Of a stretch of 64,000 nt of DNA, positions 48,351-60,002 are shown one piece after another. The stretch is from Carcharhinus amblyrhynchos (Eukaryota), in contig OZ336887.1 in the NCBI GenBank assembly GCA_965287045.1, forward strand, positions 10,788,001 through 10,852,000, read 5' to 3'. A model generated the notes under the pieces. The model saw only the letters and a list, made by a program, of their open reading frames with translations, was not told where the DNA came from and made no database searches. The position numbers and the translations under genes were made by a program. Each line of letters begins with the position of its first letter. The stretch's first letter is position 1.

Positions 48351-49696
48351 TGAATATATATAGCTTCTAGCATTTTCTTTTTTCAACCCATTCCATTATT
48401 GCCTTCAAAATCTATTACATTTATCCAACACAACTTGCCTTATCCAAGATGGTGTAGTTTTCCCTTAATTAACACGTTCCTTTCTAGCTGAATATCAATT
48501 TTATTCCCTGTTATGACTTGGAGAAATATGCACCAATGCAAATAAATAAACAACAAATGTGTTGTGGGGAAAGGCGTATAGAATTTGGCAGAGAAGTTTT
48601 AATATTGTTGTTCTACAAGAGCCTACGCAATGTATTCCACTGGAGAATGTTAGATTGAAGGTTTAGTATGGTCTCTGTACTAATAATCATATGCTTCACA
48701 TTTTTTAAAATATATTTTCTTGACCCCAATTACATTTAATCAACACAACATGCGTGTGTGTCTGTGTGAAGCATCTACTTGAAACTTGAAAATTGCACTT
48801 TGCTTGCTGTTTTTTAATTGCCTTGTTACCTTGGAGGATACTTTCCCAGTGTTTGGGCTCTTCATTTTCCCTGAATTTAAGATCCTTATCAGTTCCTGGC
48901 ACTGACCCTGAATTTGCCAATTTTGTTTGGAATTACAATTTATTTGGCCATTATGTTGACATTTTACTGCCAAAGCACCCAAGGGTGCAGGGATGGGGTG
49001 GGGGGGGGGTGGTGCTGTAGATATTTTAATTTGCTGGAAAGAAAAGTGAGGCCAGGTGTATAACAGATGGCCCACCCTCACTCACCAGCCCTCAACCCAT
49101 GTCAACAGTGAAATGACAACCAGAGACCAGCTCCAGAGTCAAAGAGGCAATAGTGACTGGATGAGTGTTTAGGAGATAAATGAAAAAAATTCAGCTGGAA
49201 AGCTACACCAAAGAACAGCATCTTGTTTTATTGCCTTCAATAATTGTTCAAACTGTGATCTTTAGCAATACTGCTAGATTGTTATGTACTTTTTATTTAT
49301 CTGAGTATCTGTGCCAGAGGATAATTTCTGCTGAAAAATGTTCAATTTTGACCTAAAACATTCTGGCTACTTTACAGCACGTTTATATTTCCTAGTTTTT
49401 TGTTAATCATTTGTGGGATGTGGGTGTTACTGGCTAGGCCAGCATTTATTCACTAATTGGGGTGTTGACGACCTGTAACTTGATGTAACTCCAGAATTTA
49501 AAGGACCATCTCCCCCATTGAGACAGCTGGAGAAGGGAAAGAGAGAACAGAGTGTTGTCATGGGACGTAGATGGTCAAAGATTGCACTATCCCTCATCAT
49601 ATCTCCCAGGCCATGTTAGCGGGATCTGTGAGGACACAGACGGCGATGCTGTTTCCGATCAGTGGGAGGAAGAAGTGGCTGGTGAAATCAATGATA

Positions 49697-49820
49697 AAAG
49701 CAAATTACTGTGGATGCTGGAAACAGAAAATGCTGGAGATTCTCAACAGGTCTGACAGCATCTGTGGAGCGAGAAAAGGATGAATGTTTCGATTCTGGAA
49801 GAGTCACCCAGACTCTCAAC
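49697..49820. mobile_element. Penelope-like pLTR fragment (family 2)
   Basis: AAAGCAAATTACTGTGGATGCTGG..CAGGTCTGACAGCATCTGTGGAG..GGAAGAGTCACCCAGACTC. Confidence 0.6.
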
Positions 49821-50524
49821 TTGGGTGAAATCAATGTGTGTGGACATAATTTAAATATATTTTAATATATTTGAATATGATTATCCCATCCTGCTGTATA
49901 TTGACCCCACACAGTACATTACGTCGGCGTAGTTTACAACAGGTTCACTTAGACATGAGCCAGGCTCCGACTGTGGGGCAGGGGAGGGGTTGGGGATGGG
50001 GGAGTGGGAGGAGGGGAAGGGGCCAAATATCGGTCGGGGGGGGGAAGAGAAAGTGGAAGGGGCCACTGATCATGAGGGTGGGGAGGGGGGCCGATGATGG
50101 GCAGGGGGAGGGGATGCAAAGAAGTGGTATTGCCATGGGGGGCGGGGAGGAGAGGCCCCAACACCTCAGTGGTGGTCTGTGAGGTCGGTGGGGGGGGGGG
50201 CTGAGAGGCTTATACACAATCTGATCAGGGCACCCTGGAAAGATGTTGCCCCCATCTCAGTGAATCTGTTTTGCCGGGGTGTTGAGGCATGCACGAAGCA
50301 TGAAACCTGCTCTCTTGATTTCTTCTGACAGAACGTAGAAACTGGAGGGAAAAACTAGTAGAGAGAAACACGCTGGCTTTCCCACAGGAAACAACACTCA
50401 GCTATTTATTGGTATGATTTCCTCCACCACCACCACCACACCACCCCCCCCGCCCCCCCGGCGTTAACTCTGCACAGATGCTATGAGATCCACTGAGATT
50501 TTCGGGGAAAGCAATGACTTGTGT

Positions 50525-50950
50525 TTGGAGGTGGCACAAGTGGTAATTGGCAGGAGTGTGGTGCCAATCTGATGCAGCAAGCATTTCAATGACCAAGGCT
50601 GAGAGCAATGATACATTCACTCACATCCTGACGTGTGTGTCTGCCCAACCTCCTCACTGCCTTCTCAAGCTTACTCCAACACATCACTCCTCACACCAAC
50701 CTATCTTGCAGCCGCACCAATCCCTCTCTGTACAAGTGCCGATCCTGACACTCACTTTCATCCATGTGCAATGCCATACATCTTCCTCATTGCAAACATT
50801 GGATGGAGTCATGCCACTGCCATCACTCATAAGTCTCTTCTTTCCTGTCTTGTGGGAGAAGAGTGAAGAGAGCAGCAGGGAACTGGGCGTGCTACTTCAG
50901 CCATCTTATAATACCTACGGAGAAGGAAGCGCTGGAGGACTGAAGTAGTT
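50525..50950 (+). mobile_element. Harbinger Myb/SANT gene remnant
   Basis: LEVAQVVIGRSVVP..CSKHFND, a C/T-rich intron-like tract, then EKSEESSRELG; same architecture as 1-460. Confidence 0.5.
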
Positions 50951-51041
50951 TGCTTCACCATCTTTGGGGAAATTGAGAGGTGTGGTCAGTCATGTCTCCC
51001 AGCTACCCAATGCCAGAATTAAATATGAGACAGTCACATAG

Positions 51042-51365
51042 GCAGGCAGTGGTGTAATGGTACTGTCTCTGGACTGGTAACCCTGAGACCCAGGGTAATG
51101 TTCTGGTCATCAGGATTTGAATCCCACAATAAAAATAAAATTGGGAATTAAAATGATGACCGTGAAACCTCTGTCGATTGTTGTAAAAACCCATCTGGTT
51201 CGCTGGTGTCCTTTAAGGAAGGAAATCTGTCACCCTTACTTGGTCTGGCCTACATGTGACTCCAGAGTCACAGCAATGTAGTTGATTCTTAAATGCCCTC
51301 ATGGATGGGCAGTAAGTGCTGGCCTAGCCAGCAAAACCCATATCCCATGAACAAATAAAAAGAAA
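51042..51365 (+). mobile_element. SINE family C
   Basis: GCAGTGGTGTAATGGTA head, core and tail. Confidence 0.85.
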
Positions 51366-51604
51366 TACAATTCTTACTCATGTTGACTTTATGTCAACAG
51401 CTAGTGATATATATGATCATTTGCATAATGGTAACATCAAACATTCTTACCTTGCCACCACTTTTTCATGTTTATGATCTTCCATAGGGCCTTCTCACAT
51501 CCAGTAGGAGTCGATCGTGATCACCATTGCCAATGCTGATTCCTTGGGTGTTCAGTCCCTCTGAGGATGCACTGAGACATCACTCATGCATACTATGTAA
51601 CTTT

Positions 51605-52020
51605 AGGGGAGATGTATCATAGACCAATTAAGCAGCGGCCTGACATGGTCACACCCACAGATTCATACCTATTCGCCAACACCCCAGACTCCTCTATCAC
51701 CATTCCTGAATATATCCTGTTCCACTGACAGATCACATCCACTAGAAGTGACAGCACACTGGTAAATAGTTGGGAAGGAGTGGTCCTAGGAGACTGCAAC
51801 ATTGACTCCGGACCCAATGAAGTCTCATAGTATCTGATCAAACCAGGACATGGAACTCTCCTGCTGTTTATCATCCACGACCCTCCCTCAGCTGATGGAC
51901 CAGTACTCCTCAGTGTTGAACACCATTTGAAAGAAGCACGGAGGTTAGCAAGAGTTTGGAATGCACTGTAGGTGGGGCTTTTGAATGGTTTGGTAGCAAC
52001 ATTGCTGGCTGTGTCCTAAA
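51605..52020 (+). mobile_element. LINE APE endonuclease fragment (probably family B)
   Basis: KQRPDMVTPTDSYL..ITIPEYILFH..IHDPPSAD..NAL*VG, a degenerate PDIV.LTES / YRPP / GDFN set. Confidence 0.7.
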
Positions 52021-52954
52021 GGTTTTTATGACAACCGGCAATTATTTCATGATCATTAGACTTTTAATTCTAGATTTTTTTAAATTGAATTTTTATTGAA
52101 ATGACAATACCACTATGCTACTGCCTCCCCTTATGATGCCCTTTGTTGCAAGGGGAATGAAATATAAAAGTTGGGAAGTTTTACTGCGGTTGCTGAGGCC
52201 TTTGTCAGACCACATCTGGAGTGTGCAGTTCTGGGTTCCTTACTTGAAAAGGGATATAATTGTTTTAGCAACAATTCAGAGAAGGTTCCCACTACTCATT
52301 CTTGGGACGAGGAAAGGTTGAATAAGTTGAGGTTTTACCCATTGGAGTGTACAAAAATGAGACTGTATTCTCATTCAGAATAGTGGGGAGAGATCACAGA
52401 TCAGAACGCTGTACTGAAACAAACTGCAAAAGCTGTTTGTTCTCTCCCTCTCTCTCTGAAGTATTGTGCCTGGACTTGTAAAGTAACCATCCTGAGAAAG
52501 TGAAATTTACTGAAAGCTGAGATCTTTTGGAAATAAAACGTAGAGATCTGCTCTCCAGAACTAAATCCAGGGAAATAACTGAACAATATGGTTGCAACGT
52601 GTAATCATCGCCATGAGAGAAGTCAAAGAATAGATAACTATGTACTCCTTTTGATTTCATCTTCTTCACAAACTGTAAAAGGATCCTAAGTCTATGTTTT
52701 TTTTCTGGCATCTGCACTGATATACATGTAGGCCCAGATGAATGTGTGCAATGTATTAATAGTGGTTGTGATTGTTTTAATTTGGGAAAGTGTCAATGAA
52801 CTTACCTTTTCTTTCTTTAACTTAAGAAACCTGTTGGGCTAATTATTTATGATCTAAAAGTGTGAACTGTGGGACTGCTGCAGTATTGGCAAAGCACATC
52901 TCTAAATTCCCCAAAAAAACCAAGTTATGGCCATCCCGCCTCAGGTAGTTGGAG

Positions 52955-53460
52955 GGTGGCACATCGGTTAGCACTGCTGCATCAGGGACCCTGATTCAAT
53001 TCCTGCTTTGGGTCACCATCTGTGCAGAGTCTTCATGTTCTCCCTGTGTCTGCGTGCGTTTCCTCCTGGTGCTCTGGTTTCCTCGCATAGTCTGGAAGAC
53101 GTACTGGTTAGGTGCATAGGCTGTGTTAAATTCTCCCTCAGTGTACCCAAACAGGTGCCAGAGTGTGGCAACTAGGGGGTTTCCACAGTAACCTCATTGC
53201 TGTGTAAGCCTACTAGTGACACTAATAAATACACTTTAAAAACTTCAATATTGATGTCTCTTTCACTGTCACTAGGTCAAAACCCTGGAACTTCATTACT
53301 AACAGCACCGTAGGTGCACCACACTACGCTGCCATAGTGTAGGTGCACCACACGGGCTATGGCAGTTCAAAAAGGCACATCACCGTCATCTCAAGGGCCA
53401 TCAGGGATGGGCAATAAATGCTGGCACTCCTGGCAACACCCAGATTCTATTAGTGAATAA
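52955..53460 (+). mobile_element. V-SINE tail B (52955-53240) followed by LINE family B 3' end (53255-53460)
   Basis: Motif matches to the copies above. Confidence 0.8.
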
Positions 53461-54257
53461 AAAGTAAGCACTGGACAGTGACAGCAGTTAAAACCTTACG
53501 GGTCCGATATCAGATGGAAAGGGCAGAGTAGAAAGACTCCCTGTTAAATCTGAGGTCCCTATATTCAGATACAGCTCACCAGGAATACTGCTTTATATCT
53601 TCCGCTCACTGGCAGGATGGAAATCTGGCTTCTCTCCTACATTTCCATTTTTCTCATCTGCAAAAAAGAGAGTAATAAACAAAATAGCCCAGATGCAGCA
53701 ATATTTGTTGTGCTTGAGTTATACTTTTCATTTCAAATGTGATTAGGCCTCTCGGTGCTGAGAATTCACCTTCAATTCCATTATTGGATGAGAGAAATTA
53801 CTTTTACATTAATGGTATTATGCTAACTATATTCACTAATTAATTTTATGCATTTCTATCATGTTCCACTTTCCAGCAGTATTATAAATAGAGACTGGCT
53901 GTTTAGTTTGCTCTCCTCATGGCTCAATGGGCAGATTCGCTGTTCACGATGGAATGAAACACACAGATTGCAATAGTCTTTAACCCCTTATTTCTGTACT
54001 GGCAGATATGGTAAAGGATGGCTCTAGTCAAGCTACAATTGATCTCAGCATCCCTGGGGCAGGGGTGGGGAGAAGGGAAATAACCAGGGTTCCCATGGGT
54101 TCTTCTATCTTTGACTTAGGTGTAGAATCTGGTTCTTACGGGCACTCCTTAATAAAAAAAAATTCTAAATGCCAAACAAGCAAAGAGAATCACACCCATT
54201 TTTTGGGCAAGCTCCCACACACTATTATATGGTACTTCGGGAAAAAAAAATCCCAAA

Positions 54258-55141
54258 TGTGATTCTTACCAATAGGGGGAGTGAACAGAGCATATTCACA
54301 CCATGAAACTGGCTGCTGAGCTGTAAGGCACTATTGTGCATGTGCCCCAATTTCCCATTGCACTGTGTACATGTGTGCACAGTGTACTGGGGGATCTGTC
54401 AACCAGCTACCCCCTGGACATCACCCTCCCCCAATTGCCTTCTCAAACATTGCCCTCCCCCGATTGCCACCAGGGACATCAACTGTTGATTGCCCCCCAC
54501 TGATTGCCCCCACCCCACCTGTCGCTAGCCAAAATAACCACTCCCAACCGATCACTCACTGTGCATCACTCACTGATGCAGAGTACACCCCCACACCCAG
54601 CCGATCATCACCCTGGCTGATTCCCGAAGTGGAGTACACTTTCCCTGCCCACCCCATCATGGCCTGCCCCTTTCAGACCCCATTCTGCTCCTTCGGCCCT
54701 GCAACCTTGGCACTGCCTGGTGGGCAATGCCATGATGTCCGGTGGTCACTGCCAGACTGGCAATGCCAGAATGCCAGGCCGGCAGTACCAGGGTGCCAGG
54801 TTAGCACTGCCCAAGAGGCACTGCCCCCAACTACGTGGGGGGCCTCAATGGCTGTCGCCATCATATCAGGTCTGTATTGGTGGGGACATAGGTGATCTTT
54901 GCCAGTAAGGACTTCCACTGGCAAGGTTGTTAAGGTAAGTAAGCCCGGACGGCTACATCCGGGACTCATTATATTAAAATCAGCTAATAAATACTTAAAC
55001 CGCCATTACGCCAGTACAATGAGGCCTGTAACATTGCAAGAGGTGGGAAACCAGGTGTGAACCCTATTTTTTGCCTCTCGTCCAATCTTACCAGCAGGCT
55101 ACATCGATCGACTGATGTGATGAGCCGGTAAGATAGACCCC
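54258..55141. mobile_element. Harbinger-like non-autonomous element
   Basis: Ends GTGATTCTTACC / GGTAAGATAGACCCC; C-rich interior with GGCACTGCC/GGCAGTGCC motifs as in 24770-25745. Confidence 0.5.
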
Positions 55142-55217
55142 TTAGACAGACTGTGGGCATAGTTTGGTAAGTATTTAACACTTGTTTATTAATGCTACGT
55201 CTAAACAAGCTAAGGTT

Positions 55218-55490
55218 AGGCATAGTGGTCAGCACTGCTGCCTCACAGCGCCAGGGATCCGGGCCCAATTCCCAGCTCGGGTCACTGTCTGTGTGGAGTT
55301 TGCACGTTCTCCCCTCTTTTCCCCTGGGTTTCATCCGGGTGCTCTGGTTTCCTCCCACAGTCTGAAAGAGGTGTTGGTTAGGTGTGTTGACCCAAACAGG
55401 TGCCTGAGTGTGGTGACTAGGGGAATTTCACAGTATCTTCATTGCAGTGTTAATGTAAGCCTAACTTGTACTAATAAGTAAACTTTTACT
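55218..55490 (+). mobile_element. V-SINE, tail type B
   Basis: Head, V core and tail B. Confidence 0.85.
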
Positions 55491-56798
55491 TTACTACAAG
55501 GCATAGCTCCAATCTTCCTTTCTCTCTGTCTAATCAAACGGATGACTAATTTATATCAGTAATGCGTACATTAGCATATCCTACCTGTTAACCTTTTATA
55601 CTAATCATCCTGCCCCAAGTATACTATCCTACTTTATAACAACAACATGAAACAATGGGCAGAATTCTCTCTTTTTTTGACAGTATATCAAGTCAGGCGG
55701 GCAGAGTAGACTGAAGCCTACTGTCTGCACTGTCGGCTCTTCCTGCCATCTTTCTTGACACATTGTCAAGATAAACCGTGGAAATGAGTCCCAAGTCCCT
55801 CTCCCTCCCGACCTCCTACACGCAATCCACCCCCCCTCCCCATATCCTCCCACTCCCACCGCCAGCAACTTCAGCCCCTGACTGATCATCTGAAGACAAT
55901 AAAAATAAAAAGAAACACATTCCCCAAACATACCCCCCTCACCCACACCCCCATCCCCCCCCCCCCAACACTTGGACTAGGGAATCCATCCTGCCCCTCT
56001 TAGGAATGATATTTTGAAGACATGTCTTTCTTCTGCATCTGGTCAGACATACTGCAGAATAGGGGAACGTTTTACCAGTATAGCTGTCAGCACTGCTGGG
56101 AAGCAGAGTATGAGTCGCAGGGTGTCTGAACTGCAAAGACAACAAAGACTTTTCAACAAAAGACTGATCCAAAAGGGAAGACCAAAGAAAATCAATCTTC
56201 GGAGCCTCTGGGTTTAGGAGAGAAGAGCTCAGGATGCCTGAGGAACTTGTTGCTCTCTGAAGCATTCTGAGAAGAAGTTTCAGAAGAGGAATGATCTTCA
56301 CCTTCAGGAAAGACTATCATGGCTGGACCCTCCAGTGCTGAATCAAAGACTGGAAAGATGTTGAAGATCTGAGATTTCAGTGAACTTGAATGGCAAAAGG
56401 AAAAGCAACCAGGTTTCTGTAAGACTGTCAGGAAAAGAAGTAGAGATGATTCCTCAATGATACTTCACGAGGCTGTCTACCATCCGCAGGCTGTGGTAAG
56501 AGAGCCACGCTTCCCTCTGTGTGAGGTTGCTCCACACTAAATAATGGGAAGAACTGCTCAGAATATGGAGACAAGAGAACCTCATCTTCTGTAATGTTCC
56601 TGTAGACGACTAATGCCAGGGCAAACTCATTGTACAGGATCTTGCAGCTTCAGAAGTGTTAAAGCTTCTGTGTTCACCTCCAGCTCGGAAAGGAAGAAGA
56701 CTTTTAGCTGGGACTGAAGTCTGGGTGGCAATTGGCTTTCACCCTGTGAAAGTGCCAGCTCTCTATCAGTGTGGACCTCTCTGGACTCTAATCTGGAT

Positions 56799-56985
56799 GT
56801 GGAGAGGCCGGTGTTGGACTGGGGCAAATACAAGAAGTCTCACAACACCAGGTTAAGGTCTTTATATGCCCTGTTTGTGATCAGAACTCCCCACTCACCT
56901 GATGAAGGGGCAGAGCCCCGAAAGCTAGTGGCATTTGCTACCAAATAAACCTGCTGGACTTTAACCTGGTGTTGTGAGACTTCTT
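56799..56985 (+). mobile_element. Penelope-like pLTR insertion with inverted ends
   Basis: Inverted repeat 56832-56860 / 56957-56985; 14-bp TSD ACTCTAATCTGGAT (56785-56798, 56986-56999). Confidence 0.9.
56896..56930 (+). ncRNA. Minimal type-I hammerhead ribozyme
   Basis: CAC-CUGAUGA-A-GGGGC(AGA)GCCCC-GAAA-GC-UA-GUG: intact core, 5-bp helix II, helix I CAC/GUG, palindromic AGCU helix III; predicted cleavage after A56927. Confidence 0.8.
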
Positions 56986-58249
56986 ACTCTAATCTGGATT
57001 CAGGCAGGGCATTCTCTGTGGAAGGCTCTTCATGAGCAACAGGAGGTAAGCTAGGCTATACATTGGTAGATTCAGTGGAACTAAGATCCAAATGCTTCTC
57101 AGCAAATAAAAGCACAGCTGATTCTTCTAAAAAAAAGCCCGAGACTTCATCAGGTGAATCCATCAATGGAAAAGACAAATTATTCTCTGGGGCCTAAACC
57201 TCCAAGAGATCACTCAGGATTCTTCTTCACCACTCTCTGAGAAGAGTCAGTTCAGCTCCAGCAGGTCTTCATGCTGATAGTCACTGTCCACTGCAGTGCC
57301 TTCTGTATCTGCCACCTCAGACCTTACTTCCTGAAGCACTGAGAGAATCATAACTTCATTGCCTGCCATGGGTCCAGTGGGTGGAATCTCTGTGAACTCA
57401 CTGCTGATTGCATAAATTTCCTCAGCTTCAGTAGGCTGCATTTCCACTTTTTCTTGATAAAAGCTTAGAGACTGTTGCATGAAAGACAGTGAGTCATTAA
57501 AATGATGCGCGTTATCTGGTTTTGCTAAGATTCGAAAAGTGTACCGACTTTGCTGCTGATTGTGAGGAACCTAGAGAGAATCAATGATCTGTCACCTTTT
57601 GTAGCTAAGAGGAGCAATAACCCTGCCTTTATTTGCAAGGTCTATGCGGCCTGGACCTTGTAATTTGATGTCTGATGGATTAATGGTCATTGACTGAAAC
57701 CAGTCGAGATGGCCTCCTAATATGGTAACTCCTGTATCAGTTTGAAAAGCAGTATTGAAACCTTGAACTTGGACTGTAACTGATCAGTAGTTTGGATTAA
57801 GATGATCTCCTTCTCCAAGGAACTCGGTAGTTCAGTCTTTTTCTTGATCATAAGCCCATAAGGAACAGGAGCAGGAGTTGGCCATACAGGGTAAGCCTGT
57901 TTTGATGTTTGTTGAGACATTGGCTGACCAATATTCTAATCTCATTACCTGCCTTGACTCCATATCTCAGTTGTAGAGGCTGTGTACACTCACACATAAA
58001 GAATGTCCAAACAGGTTAGATACTGGTGGGTGAGTGGACGCTGTGAAACCGTACACAGCCACTTCAGAAGAAGGTGGAATGAAAAATGAACATTAAAATC
58101 GAATGTTTTTTCAAAAATATGCTTGCAAGGACAATTCCCAGGTGAACTGTTGTTGCAATTATTTCCTTTCTGTGTAGATGATTGAGTGATATTTTACAAC
58201 ATTGAGTGTTTTTATCCTTTTTACTCTAGACAGAATTTTAGTTTAACTG

Positions 58250-58775
58250 TGGGGGCCTAATCACTCAATATATTTAAGAAGGAAGTAAATTTCTAGACTC
58301 TAACTATGTCAAGGGGCATGGGGAGAACACAAGGAGTATGGCATTGAGACAATTGCTGGAATGTTACAGCCATTCGGGCCAGCAGGATTTTCCCAACCCG
58401 CTGCAGTGAACGGGAATTTGTCTGGGCGCTAAACTCTCCAACCTTGCTGCAGCAGGAGCGTGGCATGAACGGCCAGTAAGGTTGCTCCCAGAGGATCAGC
58501 CATGATTGTGTTGAAGGGCGGAGCAGGTTCAAAGGGCTGAATGGCCTACTCTTATTTTCTATGGCTGGACTTTTTCAGCTGTTCACCAGGTGGGATCTTC
58601 TAGATCCGCCTATGTGCATCCCTGCCACGTTTTCCCACCGGGAGGGGTGTATACAACGAAAAACCCCATTGGCAGCGCTGGAACCAGAAAATCCCACCAC
58701 TGGCCAATGGTGGGCCGTCTTTGCTACCATGGAAGACATGATGGGTTGCACAGAAAATCCTGCCCTATGTTCCTT
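58250..58775 (+). mobile_element. Old CR1 3' end containing two Harbinger-like MITEs (about 58380-58490; 58563-58765)
   Basis: GATCAGCCATGAT..GGGCTGAATGGCCTACTC; second MITE has TIRs GGCTGGACTTTT / AAAATCCTGCCC with TAT duplication. Confidence 0.7.
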
Positions 58776-59114
58776 TGATATATGTAGCAGTGCTTTTTAT
58801 ATTAACACAGGAGTATCTGGAGAATTTTTATGTTGAAAGATTTATTTTGAAGACAGCTTAGAAGCTCTTCTAAAGCATTGAGTTGAATGAAATATTGGAA
58901 AAGGAGCAAACTGATTTAAAAAGTACTGGAACCTGGCAAAATTTACCATGTAGCAGTCTTGTGTTTGAAATGTGTCACTGTGCTTCCTCTTCAAGTTGGA
59001 TAATAGCAATCTGTGGGGTGGGGCTATGTGTTGAAGTCACGCCATAGTAAGTTCTGAAGTTGAATGTAATAAATTTATGATCTGGCATCAGGAAAGTAAA
59101 TGACTGTGAAGACT

Positions 59115-59352
59115 TCCGCAGAAGACCCATATTGGACTCAGAGCGGGGCAATTTTTCCATCCATCCTGCCACAGGAATCGTAGCCGGCGGGCAGTGGGTG
59201 AACCATGCAAAGGTTTTGGGGCAAGTGCAGCCAGCAAGTCCCGCCCAGAACATTAATGCTATTTCTCTCTCCACAGTTGTTACCAATTGAGTTTTTCCAG
59301 CACTTTCTGTTTTTAATTTAGATCTGTAGCATCTGCAGTATTTTGCTTTTGC
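59115..59352 (+). mobile_element. Penelope-like pLTR (family 2) interrupted by a MITE (59143-59246)
   Basis: GAAGACCCATATTGGACTC-AGA-[MITE ..CCCGCCC]-AGA-ACATTAA..TCTCTCTCCACAG. Confidence 0.6.
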
Positions 59353-59852
59353 GCTATAGAGACCTGACTGATCCCCCCAAGCCTTGAAATTTGCTACCTG
59401 GTCTGCGTTTCCAGTGTATGGTTTGCCACACGCCATTCAAAATGATTGTGCAATTAATAATAAGGAGTGTAACCTGGGCAGGGAATGGTTTAGGAGAAAG
59501 AAGTGGAAGATTAAGAAGAGATGAATGATGAAGAAACATTGTCATTCCTTCTGATACTTGCATCCACCTGCTCAGATATTAGCACTGCGTGTACTTTTGT
59601 GGATAACGTAGAGGTGGGATCAGCATATTTTGAGACACCAGATACGAATGAGGGCTGCAGTCAGGGAAGGGGAGAAAGGGTTACATAAATGCCACCTCTC
59701 TGGAGGGCATGGCCATACACAAGTTGAGGATGGCGTACAATGAAAGAATGATAGATATGCACACAGCAGTACTTGGTGCATTGACAGCACTTCCGGAAAG
59801 ATAACATCAAGGAGCATTGTGGAATCTGAAACCAGCTTTACACAGAGACGCT

Positions 59853-60002
59853 CCAAAGATGTGTGGGTTAGGTTGCTTGGCCGTGCTAAATTGCCCCATA
59901 CTGTCAGGGGAATTAGCAGGATAAATACGTGGGGTTTCGAGAGTAGGGCCTGAGTAGGACTGTGGTCGGTGCTTCCATCTGCACTGTAGGGATTCTATGA
60001 TT
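59853..60002 (+). mobile_element. HE1-like V-SINE 3' half, tail A
   Basis: CCAAAGATGTG..GCACTGTAGGGATTCTATGA. Confidence 0.8.

Larger units (their letters stand above)
55997..57848 (-). mobile_element. Decayed Gypsy-like internal region: aspartic protease plus long acidic ORF remnant
   Basis: Frame from 57840 reads FLGE..NPNY*SVTVQVQGFNTAFQTDTGVTIL..W..INPSDIKLQGPG..KG..LSYK..L*VPHNQQ and continues in frame into ORF 57247-57480. Confidence 0.7.

Noticed and set aside
55953-55966. G12 tract as the Gypsy polypurine tract
   Set aside because: It lies inside a GGGCAG..CTGCCC-bounded MITE-like insert; a better PPT candidate is at about 55608-55620.
57145-57156. CTGATGA on the minus strand as a possible hammerhead core
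   Set aside because: No helix II, GAAA or helix I; it lies in the acidic ORF remnant (codons for PDE).
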